From Lingula anatina (Eukaryota > Animalia > Brachiopoda), in assembly GCA_051362555.1 (NCBI GenBank), contig CM120640.1, forward strand, positions 58,010,788 to 58,074,787: DNA of 64,000 bases, written 5' to 3'. A program made the translations under genes and the position numbers. Shown here piece after piece: positions 13,923 to 26,705 of the stretch. The notes beneath the pieces were generated by a model. It ran no database searches and was not told the origin of the DNA. It saw only the letters and a list, made by a program, of their open reading frames with translations. Positions within the stretch are counted from its first letter, which is position 1; each line of letters starts with the position of its first letter.

Positions 13923-14037
13923 TACCCTCTACCAGGACGACAGATTGATTTATCACAGATATTCACAGATATGTCTCAAGATAAATAGACAGTGCAAAAA
14001 ATGTCCACAATAATAACTGCGGCCCTGGTAGAGGGTA
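13923..14037. mobile_element. 115-bp MITE with 9-bp TSD (Mutator/MULE-like)
   Basis: Perfect 14-bp TIRs TACCCTCTACCAGG / CCTGGTAGAGGGTA flanked by the perfect direct repeat GTTGGTAAG (13914-13922, 14038-14046). Confidence 0.8.
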
Positions 14038-14776
14038 GTTGGTAAGTAAAAGATATTGTTTGTATGCTATCTTTCAACTCCGTATTTGGCAGCTGACTGC
14101 CTCCCCTTCCCCTCGAGAAGTGAAATCGTCGACGTCCAGTCTGAGCGAAGATCATGTATATTGTCAACCGCACCGAGACACAGTGGAGTACGGTGTGTAA
14201 GAGCCAGACTTACCTTATTTACTTTCACGTTGCAATATGTTCAAAATTTTTATCTTTTCGACATAAATATTAGGCAATATTCAGTCACTTTCCTTCATGA
14301 CTTTTTAAAACTGCCAAAAATTACGGTGTTTTTGTTGAATATGGTATATGATTACTTTTTGTACCAGTATCTATACATGGGTGTTATTCAACCCATGGTG
14401 CTCTTATTAACCGATAATCGCAAAAAAGTATTTGAACGGTAATGTCTCTGTCAATAATTATTGATACGGACATAAAGTTCCTCGAATCAAAGTTATATAA
14501 ATTAATATTACTGCATTTTATTCAACTGATTCTAGTTCAAACTTTGGATTTACCACAGTGCACTGGACGCCATACGTTGATCATTGACCGGTCTTTCATC
14601 CAATTTTGTAATAACTAGAGATGATCCCTGGCAGGGGGCATCCGTTCTGTGTGAATGGGCACCATCCAAGATAGCTTTAAAGAAGATCAATACGCTACGA
14701 TTTTTCTTTATCTGCTTAGATAATGCTGAAATAAACATTGTCGTGTAATGAGATAATGCTGTTGCATTAAAAATAC

Positions 14777-15366
14777 ATCGGGGTGGAATTTGCTAACTCG
14801 AGCTAATGACGTAACAGGAACGATTCAGGGTAAAAACTGCAATATCGATTTTGAACAGTTCTCCCTAAAAAGCTCCGACGCCTTTTTGACGCTTATTCAA
14901 TCACAAAAATAAGTACTATAATCCGAAGCTAGCAAAATTTATTGAAAGGTTTTCCTCTGGTTTTATCAGTAAGGAGGCAAAATTGTGCTTTTGTTTAATG
15001 GGACATCGTAATTGGGGCCTCATATATTCTAAAGAAAACAAAACAAAACAAAACAACAAAAAGTAATAAAAATAATAAATTAATTAAACCAAATCCTGGC
15101 ACCAGATTGTAATTCACAGAAGTGCCACTTTTTTATGACAACATCTTATTAAGTTACAGATTTACGTTGGAAACCGAGCTCTGCCCAACACCGATTTACA
15201 GCGAAATTGACTATTTACGGTTGGCCATCCCATGTACAGAAGCGAGTGGGGTGGTGAATAAAGCAACTAAAGGGAGAATTTGAACTCTAAAAATACTTGT
15301 TTTTATTGCACTAATATAAAGATGAGCATTGTACATAAACGAAAGAGAAATTTGTCAGGTGTAAGC
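14777..15366 (+). repeat. Old interspersed repeat, copy 2 (copy 1 at about 7146-7700)
   Basis: Same collinear blocks as copy 1, with an A-rich insertion near 15030-15090. Confidence 0.7.
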
Positions 15367-18300
15367 TTTATAACGTAGGCCTATCGCTCTCCCTTAATGA
15401 AGTTCAGTAAGGTTTGTACACGCTTACGTCAATGTTATAGTGTAGGACTTGCACCCAGCGTCCTAAGAAATACTATGATTGTAACTTCATTCACATGGAA
15501 AGGCATCAGGATGACTTAAAAACTATAATAAACAGAAATGGAAGATGCCCCGCAAGTGGGAAAAGTAGGCCCTGGCTGGCTTTCATGACAGTTTTTATAA
15601 ACGCCTAATCTATTTTGCAATAATGTGTCAGTTGTGAAAATTAAGCAAGCTTTAGTTTATATCTCTAGATATAAAGTATAAATTAAACTTCCATGCAAGG
15701 ACATTGTTTGCAAACCTCACATACGTGAAACACCTGTCACTCGAGCCGTAAGAATGAATGCTGCAAATATTTAAGTGTAGGCACTGAAAAAAGGAGCTGC
15801 TACACTATACTGATAGCAAAATACGTCAACGTACAACCCGACAACAAGCGTGCCCAAAGTCTTGTGTCTTCATTTCACAAATCAATGTTATCACCGGGGT
15901 TCAAGGTTAAGAAGGGTAGGAATGGGTGGAGTTAGGTAGCTTAAACATGTTACGTCGTTTTGATTTTTTTCAATGGCCTGCTACATGTATGAATGAATAA
16001 CCTCACAAGGACACTGAAGTTACTGCCCAGAGTCCAGTGTCTAGTATCGGTTTTCAAAAGCAATTCTGGTACTAAGCAGTTTGAAAAAAGCTTCTGGCAA
16101 CCAAAATCTAATGTCGTTTTCCAAAAACAATTATTGTTACAAGAAACTAGTGTTATTTAAACATTTTGGCAATGAGTAAATTAAATCACTTTCAGGGAGG
16201 TTCGGAAGGTTCTGCAGTCAATAGGGCCTAAACAAGATCGGAGGAGGTTGAAAATCCAGCAAAATTTCCCTTAAATTTATATTCAAGTAAATTAATTAGT
16301 CAATTGTTCATTTCATTTCGCCATCATTATGAATTTCATCCTCAAGGGAAAAAAACAAATCAAACATTTTACATTAATCAATGAGTCGTATAGGCTGTTG
16401 TTTTGCCCATTGTAATGAACGTTTTCATACATATAGAATGAATGTTTTAAATTTATATAATTTTTGTACGCTTAATTCAAGGGTGGGCGTGAAATAGGAC
16501 ATTAGGGGCCTACGTTTTGGGCTTACTTAGGGGATAACGCAATTTAAAAAGATTTACGTAAGGTCGCGCAAAGAAAACCCAAGTCCACATAATGACCACT
16601 TAGACGATTTATTCGTCGACGTTCAGTATCTACATATTCTAAGTGAAGTTTCTAACTAGCAACTTCTCGAAACCACGTCTGCTCCGTGCTCCGTCTCTCC
16701 CAATCTCCTTTTTTTCTCTTCCCCTCTATTCTCCCTAAGGTATCAATTCTGATTGCTTATATACTAATTTCTTGCCCAAGGTGGACGCAAACTTAAATTA
16801 CTTATAATTGTATTGTTATTTTCTTTACAAAGAGACCGCCACATTACTCAAGAACTATTGGACCACAACACGTTACATCATACGACTTCATAAAATATAT
16901 TTTTGATCTTTACGTCGGACACGACACTGTTGCCACCACCAGGAACCAAAATAGACCTGCAATGAAATAAGCTGTGGATTCCTTTTTCAAGCAAGTCATG
17001 GGAATAACTTTTGACCTAAGAGACAATTAATGAACACAACATTCTTCCACATAAACTATACTTTGCAGCCTAATGGATCACTGATGGAGAAACTTAATTC
17101 TCCTGGTTGAAGAGAATTACTTTAATCAGACGCAAGGTGGTGGATGACTTCGTGCTAACTACTGATTTTCGCCGCGAGACCACAAGACTTGTCTAGAAAA
17201 AAATCGTGCAGTTAAGCGCTAGAGATTTTAGCCGAGACTTGTTGATATTAGGCATATTCTTTGAACCCTCTAGAGTGATGTTAGCGTTTGCATGGCACCA
17301 TCCAACATCCAGGACACAGTCCGTTAGACTTTTTTAAATTCATGTTCTTGCAACCTATTTGGGGGCCTTGGCAATCCTTCAACAGGAGTAGAAGCAGGAG
17401 GGGTTAGGGTGATTTAGCATCCCATTTTATTTCAACCATCATGTTATTGTCACATCAGTTTCCTGGAGGCTAAGGAACCCCACACCCGTCGCTATTTTTT
17501 TTTTCTGAATCGTTAGACCACGTCTCCACCCCCGCTTTAAATGCTACTTCTTACGCGCCTGAATACTTCGTGCTTCGTACTTTAAGATAAAATAAAATCG
17601 GGAGTGATTTGAAAGTGACCAAGTTGTTAACGTCGACAATCGGGTTGGCCGCGTTTCCTCATCCCACCAGAACTTATGAATTCTGTCATTTTTTCAGAGT
17701 CGCTGGACAAGATGTCTTGTATTAAAACGTTCATAGTGATGATTGCATGTTGACTGATTAAGTAAAAAAAATGGGTTGTAATGGTTAAAGGCAAGATCGA
17801 AACTCTTAGTAACTTATAATATTCTGGACAACAGCTTAATTTTAATATTTCAGTTTTTCCAAATGCTTTACCTGAAGTCAATTAAGAGCTTCAATAAGTA
17901 AGGAAACTATTGTTAATCGATTAATTTACGATATTCAAACATTGATATAAATACTACGGAAAACAATTTAAAGTTTATTCAAATCAGATGGCGTAATTAT
18001 TGTATTTTTATACAGTAAATCTTTTCAGAACATAAGGGATTACCGTTTGATGTTCATCCCATTAGAAGAATATCTGCCCCACCTATAAGGAAGTCAAATT
18101 TACACTCAGTAATTTAAAACAGAGATATTAAAAACTAATTAACGACGTGTTTTATCCCCTTAATCACTTAAAGTGTTCACCGTGGCAAAAAGACAGCTGT
18201 GACCGTTTTAAGGTATATATTAGCAGAAATTCATTGTTACTATATTCAGATTATTCAGGCATGTATCAGTTTATACGATGATACTTGAGAACCGGTGGAA

Positions 18301-20179
18301 GAAGCTTAAGACAGATTATTGACTATTTCTGGTAGTTTTGCTGTGGCTTAACTCGTTCATTTGTGGCATTGATTAAAACAACGCGTTAAGCCGTAGCAGT
18401 AGATTGAGAACCATAGTTACAATGCTTATCTTCTTAGAAAATTTAATTCGAGACACTCCGTTACAAAAGATTTTCTTTAACTACCTCGGTTCACCATGCA
18501 ATAACACTAATGACTCGGCATTTAACATCTATTTCCACAATATAGGATATTAAGATAAATGCCTGATTGAATTAAAATAGGATTTTATCAATGGTTTTGT
18601 CACGTTTTATCTGAAGCCGAGTGAAGGCTCAATACTAACAATTTTGAAGTGATTGCTAAGGCGGAGCTGAAACTAAGACTTCAGGAAGAAGGGCGGTAAG
18701 GCACACGTGGGGGGTAGTGAGAAGAGGAAATGAATTGGCACGTTTACTTTTTTTTTTTTTTTTTTGAAAACTATTTGTTTCTTCCTTTAATGGTATCCTT
18801 CGTGGGATTTTCCGCCAAATCGAATTTTCATTAACTACTCAGGAAATCATTGCTTGATCCTCCTTACATTCGGATTTTCAATAGAATAATTTAATTCTAC
18901 AGTAAAAGTTTCCCGAACGTATAGACTAGTATATCATGTTGATGTTTTATACCAATTTTAATTGAAAATTTTATATTCTATATGTTTCCCGTAACGTTGA
19001 GACCACCATGTCTTCCTAGATATTTTAGAAAGGAGTATCGAGACACTTTCATTTGAGAGGTTTCATCGTTTTTAATGGGAAGATAAGTAGCTTTTGCAGG
19101 ACAGGTACACATAGAAACGATAACCTTAAACAGTCTCAAACGCGAATTGTATACCTTTAGCTACCAGGCCTGACCCATTCTTGCTTTGGTGCTCAATTTT
19201 GTTCTAATTATAAATGTTTAAATACAAATAATTTGATTGTTTTTAATAAGATTAGATTTAGATTTTTTAAATGACATTTTAACTTCTGGTCAGTCTTGAG
19301 GAATTAAAACAAAAAAATTTCACTTTAAGGGAACAAACCACCCAGCATCTTGACTGAGTTAAGAATGCTTTTAGTTCTTTCAGTTTGGAAATTCAATAAA
19401 GCAGAAATCGACCAGATTATTGAATTGTGTCTGATGATATATTTATATCCTTCTGTGATGAGGTTCAATTAAATTAGAAGTTGCAAGTTCCATTGTGCCT
19501 AGAACGGTTTTTTCGTTTTCCTATCGGAAATCAAACCATTAGACTACTTTATCTCACACAACTATATGTACAAGGCGATATACTCGCTAGAGGCCTGGGC
19601 TAATATCTACTTATGGCCATTCTATTAAATAGTATGGCACTAACCTGGAAGCTCACATATTAGGGGATGCATGTCCCAAAGCCTGATAAGGTTGGGAATT
19701 ACGCCAACGTGTGGGAAGGATGGCACATGGGGAAAGCACTTTATTTGAACATATGAAAAAAGATGCAAGTGGATAATTACACTACCCCTTCAGTGGCCTC
19801 CCCTCATTAATTATGACGTGAATGCATCACATAGCAACCATGTAGTACCAGGGCTGTGATTCGATGTGTCTTGGAGAGTCTGTCCTCACCCGGCACTGAC
19901 TTCCATAAGGTTGGATTTAAAGGCATAAATAAACGGTGTTACTTCGTGTGTCTCGCAGTCCTACACCACCCAGCCGGTGAAAACATCTGCCGTGACTGCC
20001 AGGGACTTATTTCCACTTATTGGACACGGGGAATCAACAGTTTGGACAATGTCACCTATTACATTCTTGTGGCGGAAAATTATCGCTGGTAGGCCGAGTA
20101 AATAGTTATATGATTTTTTGCTACCTTGTACATAGATTTACAGTGCATTGGTTGACTTGCTGACATATACTCGTGCTGA

Positions 20180-20188
20180 CGTGTACGT

Positions 20189-20223
<35 letters not shown>

Positions 20224-20247
20224 CGTGCGTGTGTGTGTGTGTGTGTT
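20180..20247. repeat. (TG)n/(TGCG) microsatellite
   Basis: Directly visible. Confidence 0.95.
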
Positions 20248-21157
20248 TGCCTCATGGTTTTATTGAAATGTATTAGCTTTTCCCGGTTTGGCACCCTTTT
20301 AACGTTCATGAAGTAATGGTGCAATACATTTGCTTTTATAGAAATCAGTTGTGGTTTTGCAAATTGTCTTTTAAAACTGGGCATTTGTCGAAATTTACCC
20401 TGCATATCTAGACTTTTCGTTCGCTTCCCACGAAGTATTCGGTCTTAAAAGTATCATTTTGTTGAAATATTAATATTCACGAGAAATTATACGCGTCATT
20501 GCGTTTTCCTTGCATTAACCGAAAACGGATGTTCTGTAGTATTGCTTGAATTCGAGCTCTTTTCCGGAAATAAGAATCCTACATTTTCATCAAATGCTCA
20601 TTCATAAATAAAGCAGGTGTAAGAATTGCACAACTGACACTCTACACAACCAGGCATGGTTTTACTTCAACGATCTGTGATCAGATAGGCGTACACAAAA
20701 CAGTTCTTCTTAATAGAGATCAATTGAGAGAACAAAAGTTCAAATCAAGATGTGTGTGAGTGTGTCGCTCTTTTTTTCTTTTTTGTTTTTTTTGCGATTT
20801 AAGAAAGACGAACAAAAAGTGTTTTTATTGAAGAAATGCGAAGACCATCGAGCCACGACGGCGCATGAACGGTCAACGTAAACTGGTCATTTGATATTTA
20901 AAAGTAAACTTAGCTACAATCGATTATGTGTCGCTTATGTGTTAATTAATGTACTTACGATATTAAAGAATGTTTACTATACGCCATAAACTACAACCCA
21001 AATGACCATACTAGGGTTTGAGCACCGCTACGCTCTGGGCAGATGACAGTAGTGTACCCGGCACAAGCGCCCCTAATCTTACATTTGGAAAAAAAAAATA
21101 GAACGAATCAATAGCCTGATATGTTTTGCAGAAGGAAATTTCTTTTCTTTTCTTTTT

Positions 21158-21160
<3 letters not shown>

Positions 21161-21201
<41 letters not shown>
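21161..21201. repeat. (GT)n microsatellite
   Basis: Directly visible. Confidence 0.95.
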
Positions 21202-21204
<3 letters not shown>

Positions 21205-23082
21205 ATGATAAAATATTTAGATAAAAGGTTAATCTCGGTGATTTTGACGGTTTGAAGAATCACCAATAAAGATCTTTTCCTTTTTACCGTAACTACAGTG
21301 TGTAAATTTTACTAAATTTTTTTCAGTGACATTCATAAAAATTTGACGCAGAAAAATCTTTCAACACGCTGATATATCAGTTAGAATAAATTTGCTGCGA
21401 TCTAGATGCTGGCCAGAAAAAAAACGATAATGTCTGGTGACTTATAACAATAATATATTGGTGGAGGTTATAGATCAGTGTTGGATGTCTTTACATGTGT
21501 ATGTGAGCCGCATGGTTTTGTAGGATAAAAGCAATATCGTGTATCATTTCCCTCTGTTGAATTTGTGAAACGTGTGACCTTATCTTCTTAGGTTAGATTA
21601 GGTTATTATTTTTAGATAGTCAATATTGTAACAACCTTCCCCATGAATTACGATTCCCCAGCGAGACAGCAATAATCCTCTTCTACCTACCAGAGGTGTT
21701 GAAAAGAATATGCTCCAAGCATGATAATTTAAGCAAATTTAAACCAAATCTGCTTTACATTAAAGTTGCTGTATAGTGCTACAATGTTACATTACTGCAG
21801 CTATCACGGAGGAAAGAGATGACAACTGAGGTAAAGCCAAAATGATGCGTGCAAATTGTCTTCCCACACAGATTGTGAAAATATTTCCCTTGCGACTGTG
21901 TAGCATGATGGCTGATACATTCATTCCAGATTTAGGTATTTTGGCACTTTTTTCTTTATCATATGTTGCAATAAACGTCTGGTGGTCCAGGGACCAAGTC
22001 AGTAACATATAACTAATGATAACATTGACAGTGTTTTATTTGGATGGGTGTATTTTCTACAAAACAAAGAACTTCTAAGAGCTTGCTGCTAGTGAGTGCT
22101 GACAATGGTTATTTTCGTGATGATTACAATTTTGTAAAAGAGAGCACCCTTTAATAAGATATTTTCGAAGCTCGTTTAAAGATGAACCCAGCACACAAGG
22201 CTGGTAACCCGAGCGAAGTTGCCAATGTGTTCGAGAGAGAAATGCACACACGGTAAAATGCTTTGATTTTATCTCAGCGTGTGTGTGCATGTATGTGAAT
22301 CCCAGTGCATATGTATTTTTTCTTCCTTTCTGGGCGCTAGAAATCGCATGTGCTAGTAAGAATAAAGAACGACTTTCTGTGCTGTATAGTTTGATCTGGC
22401 CAAGTTACGATGTCCATCTTCATTATTAGAATTACTTACAGTTATTTACTAAAAGGCCAGTTTATGGAAGAGAACAGATTGAATCTCGGGAGTTAATTAT
22501 CAAACAGTAATTTTACCTAAATGCTCAGGTTTATCTTTCCATTATGAAATGACACTCATTCATCCATGCTGGTACATGTAATATATTTGTCTTCCCCCCA
22601 CATGCAGTTAGTAACTACCTAATGTTTGACTTTCTAAAACACTTGTTAGAAAATTTCATGTGTTTGGCAGCTTTTTATATTACATACTTTTTGTTCAGTT
22701 TGACATAAGTAACAATCACAGGTATTGTGGCAAACCACGACATCTTAAAAGATGATAATATAGTGGTTTAAACCTTTATTTCTCGTACCGTTTACTATTT
22801 TAGTTGTGTTTCTATTGATATTCACCAACATACACGCAGCGTAGTTTCAGAGTTTCTTTAAATTAGAACATGCCTGCCGTGTGATAGAACATAAAGCAGG
22901 CGTAGCTGGAACAAAACTTTACTAATTTACATAGTTCAAAGAAAAACTTTTTTATCGAAGCTCTTTATTTGAGCGAAAGACGATGTCAGCTTAAATATAC
23001 GTTGCCAGGATAACCATGAAATGTTTGTTCAAGACTGCGTGACTGTATTAGGTGTCGGCAATGCATGTCTGGTGTTAAACAG

Positions 23083-23162
23083 TGACGTCAGCGGATATTA
23101 ATTATAAGTGTGTCTTTGCACTGTTTCGGCAGTATTCATAAACTTCTTGTGGTGGGTGCTAC
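23083..23162 (+). promoter_or_regulatory. Insulin-like gene core promoter and non-coding exon 1: CRE (23083-23090), TATA (23103-23108), Inr/TSS about 23131, exon 1 to 23162
   Basis: Perfect TGACGTCA; TATAAG 28 nt upstream of a CAGT initiator; donor AC|GTAAGC at 23163 and acceptor TTTCAG| at 23251 define an 89-nt 5'UTR intron ending 5 nt before the ATG. Confidence 0.7.
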
Positions 23163-23256
23163 GTAAGCGGAAACACTCTTTGTGACACGCTCTTTACGCA
23201 ATAATCTTATATTTTGGATAAATAATTTGCATATGGTCTTTTCCCTTTCAGTCGCA

Positions 23257-25762
23257 ATGGTAGACAGTCGACAAACTGTGTGCGTTCTCCTATGTTGCAT
23301 CTGCTGTTTTAACACCGTGTTCGCTAGCTACAGCAGAGTGTGTACCGGAGACGAACCGGCAAAAGGAATGTGCGGCAAATCTTTATCAACATTACTGGAC
23401 ACAGTGTGCAAAATGTATGGAGGATTTCAAGGACCAAGTAAAAGGTCCATCAGAGACAGTAAGTATTAAAACTAACCTAACATCTGTTCTGAAACTAAAA
23501 GTCCAACATAAAAAAATATTAACGCTGTGAGTCTGGTCATGTAAAATAGCATTGAGTGTCATTTATCTGTCACTTCTGTGTTTATTTGATGACGTTTCTG
23601 ATGCAAATTGTTTTAGAAACTTTCCTCAAGTAGACATGATATTGGCTGTGATCGCACTTATCAAGCAGCTAGTAAATATTTAATCATCATGCATGTCGTT
23701 AGCATAGTCTGTGTATGTATGTATGTATGTATGTATGTATGCTCGTTCAGAATAGGATAGAAAAAGGATATAGACACGTGTTCAATACTCATACATGCAC
23801 CTGCACACTCACTGTATATTGCCCATGTTTCATACAAAGCTAACTCCATACAAACACTGGTTCTAACAGTTGATACGAAAACGCTTCTAAATGTAATGTG
23901 CGTGGAATGGAAATTGATGGTGAGAGTGTGTATTATTTCACATTAATCATACTGTCGCTTCATGTTTTGATGAAACGTGCAACTTGATTTAACTAAAAGG
24001 ATAAAGCCTGTCACACAATATACAATATAGAACATTGAAACAGAAATGAAGTTCAGTTTTTACTGTTATTGATTTATTTCGTGGCGAAGAAAGATAAATA
24101 CTTTTAAGAAAACCTTAACGCTAGTGCACCGCAATCCAATCTTCATGTGCTTCTCGTGACGTTGCACTGTTTCCAAGTCTTCGTCAGTGACGCAGTTATT
24201 GCCTTTGCTACTTTAGCGATAGTCCAGCATTAAGAACTGATGGAAAAGAAAACGCAGGATTCTGCTAAAACAGACAGTTATAAAAGCAAAAATATTCGTA
24301 TTCTGATAAAGATAAAAGAAAGATTGATACAATTTTAATATAATTAAACAGATGATAATAAAAGACAAAAACTATCGTAGAAAATATAAATATTGATATA
24401 GATTTTAATATAATGTTATTAACAAATGTGGATACAGTGTGTATATAGTAACATTTGCCTAGAAATAGCACAGAATGATTAAAATGGTAATGCACCAATT
24501 GTATTGTATCGTCATTAATATATCATATTGTACAAGGTCATGTACCAGTACAGAAAGAAATTGAATTCAATTGAAAAAAAATTGATTAACAGAAAACGTG
24601 CGAATAATGCTTATATTATGAGAAGTGAAAAGATAATGTAAAACTAATAAACTATTAATCTGTCTTATGATTTGCTTCACCTTTGAGTGGACATAGGCTC
24701 CTGCTGTGTAAGCAAAATTACCGGTCATTACATTCGCTAAACATTGGTTTTCGCAGGTGGACAGCTTGTAAATTGGCTTTATGAAATCAACAATTGCGTA
24801 CTTCATTAGTTAATGGTTCTGAGTTCAAAATTACGCAAAATGTGTAAAAAAAAATGATCATATATTGATCGATATTCCATGTTACATTATTAGTTGTGCT
24901 TTCACAACGCGAGGAGTATTACAAGCAAATGCGGGCATTTCTAATTGAGTGGATTTACGAATCTCAACAACTATAATTAGTGTTGATTATACGCAGCACA
25001 CAAGTGCTACCTTCTTCTGCAACATCATTTTATATGTTTTGGGAGTTTGCAGTTGATACTAGATGTATACAGTTTGTTGTCAGACAAATCCTAACATTAC
25101 CATAGTGTTCAAGACAGCCAATTATTTGGCGTGAGTGTTTGTGTATGTGTGTATACAACTCGTAAATTTAATGGCGTACTTCATAAGTGAATGGTTCTGT
25201 GTTTGAATTTACGTAAATTTGTAATAATGTTGATCATAAATTGATCCGTTTTTCATATTGTTTTATAAGTTTTTTCACAACCCGAGGAGTATTACACACA
25301 CACCTGTGTGTGTGTGTGTGCGTGTGTGTGTGTGCGCGCGCGCGCGCGTGTGTGTGTGTGTTTAAAGAGAGAGAGAGAGAAAGAGGGAGAGAGAGAGATT
25401 ACGCTAGTATCGATTCCAGCTTATCATTTGAAATTAGAAGTCTAAATCCTTCTTGTTTTGTACTTTCAGCAAAACCTGTAGCAATAGGCGTCTTGGAAGA
25501 ATTAAGGGAAAGTCTATTTCAACCTAAAGAACGTGCTTTGTCCTACTTTGGCTTGCGAAAAAGACGCACAGGTAGAACTGGCACTTTAACGTGTGAATGT
25601 TGTTACCACTCTTGCGCCATGACAGAATTGACCCAATACTGTGCAAGTGCCTCTAGGAAAAGGAGTTTAAATCAACTTACTGATCTATACCATCTATACT
25701 TCGGAGCAAATAAAGACGATGGCAGTGCCCTCCAAGACCTTGGCTTTCAGCCTGCGCTTTAA
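23257..25762 (+). CDS. ILP: Molluscan-type insulin-related peptide precursor (8 Cys), 164 aa; coding exons 23257-23458 and 25470-25762
   Basis: Signal peptide MVDSRQTVCVLLCCICCFNTVFA; B chain SYSRVCTGDEPAKGMCGKSLSTLLDTVCKMYGGFQGPS; KR; C peptide split by a phase-1 intron (A|GTAAGT...TTTCAG|CA); RKRR; A chain TGRTGTLTCECCYHSCAMTELTQYCASAS; RKR; 32-aa extension. It shows the insulin motifs CG-x10-C and CC-x3-C-x8-C plus the extra B- and A-chain Cys typical of molluscan insulin-related peptides. Confidence 0.93.
25305..25398. repeat. Compound (TG)n(CG)n(TG)n-(AG)n microsatellite near the 3' end of ILP intron 2
   Basis: Directly visible; it ends about 70 nt before the acceptor at 25469. Confidence 0.95.
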
Positions 25763-26340
25763 GAACAGCAGTAGCCTAGCATAAGTAGCTCGTATATTTT
25801 CTTATTTTTGGACAGTTTTCTCATGATCTTATTTGTCTTACGGCATTGTTCATACATGCTTCAATTTGTAAAACACGCATAGTGCACGGTCTGCCCCCTC
25901 TTCGATTACCATCAAAAGTGGAGGTTTGTGATCCAGGTGACTTTCATACACTATAATGCGGACAAAGGTGTCCCGCCACGCACAATCCCATTTAAAAAGT
26001 GTGTCCAGTGCCAAAACATGGTTATTTAAAGAGAATTCCTACTGACTTTTAAAACTTCCATTAGAGAGGCAATGTTTCTATGAAAGCATTTGCTTTGACA
26101 CCTTTGAACAAAGCACGCACCCAGTATTCCCACATCAACAATGCAATGCTGGGCCCTAATAGTGTCACAAGGTATCTGCGGAGATAGCTTAGACTCCCTT
26201 TATCCCTATGGTTGCAATATGATCACTGGAAAATGAAAATGTCTCACATTTCCATCAATTAACGACAGGGACCAAGACAGTTTGCATATCTATCCTTCCT
26301 CAGATTGATTGACGTCAGACCATGTATTCTGCACATTATC

Positions 26341-26541
26341 CAGGTCCGTAGGCTGCGGAGGGGATTTTTTTTTTTTTTTTTTTTTTGGGGGGGGGGGCAA
26401 ATAGTGCTAGCTTTTGCCTTTCTTTTCTCCTAGGCCATCATAAGTCTTTTTGTTTTCTCTAGTTAACGCCTAGATAAAAGGCTTAGATGCATTATTGGCT
26501 TTCAACAACTGCCGCAAGCATTTTCTCAGCCTACGGTCCTG
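26341..26541. mobile_element. hAT-like MITE in the probable ILP 3'UTR
   Basis: TIRs CAGGTCCGTAGGCTG / CAGCCTACGGTCCTG (14/15 match), poly-T/poly-G interior; TSD decayed. Confidence 0.65.
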
Positions 26542-26699
26542 ATTTCATGTTTCAATTTTGATACTGTAGAAAATGAAAAAATTCCTTCGTGCTGTCAATA
26601 TTTCATTTAATTTGAAAAAAAACTAAATTGTTCTCGATGTAGGAAAACAGAGCTGCAACATCATTAGTTCTTTCACAATGTCCATGTTTTGCACTTTGC

Positions 26700-26705
26700 A
26701 ATAAA
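26700..26705 (+). terminator. Candidate ILP polyadenylation signal
   Basis: First AATAAA I found after the ILP stop codon; further copies near 26746 and 26794. Confidence 0.45.

Noticed and set aside
16400-20485. Partial resemblance to conserved miRNAs (near 16403 to miR-2001; near 20472 to miR-1993)
   Set aside because: Only about 12 nt of the 3' portion match from memory, the seed does not match, and there is no hairpin.
25241-25469. N-terminal part of the 173-aa ORF (CVCVCV...ERERER)
   Set aside because: Intronic microsatellite read-through; the true exon starts at the acceptor at 25470.
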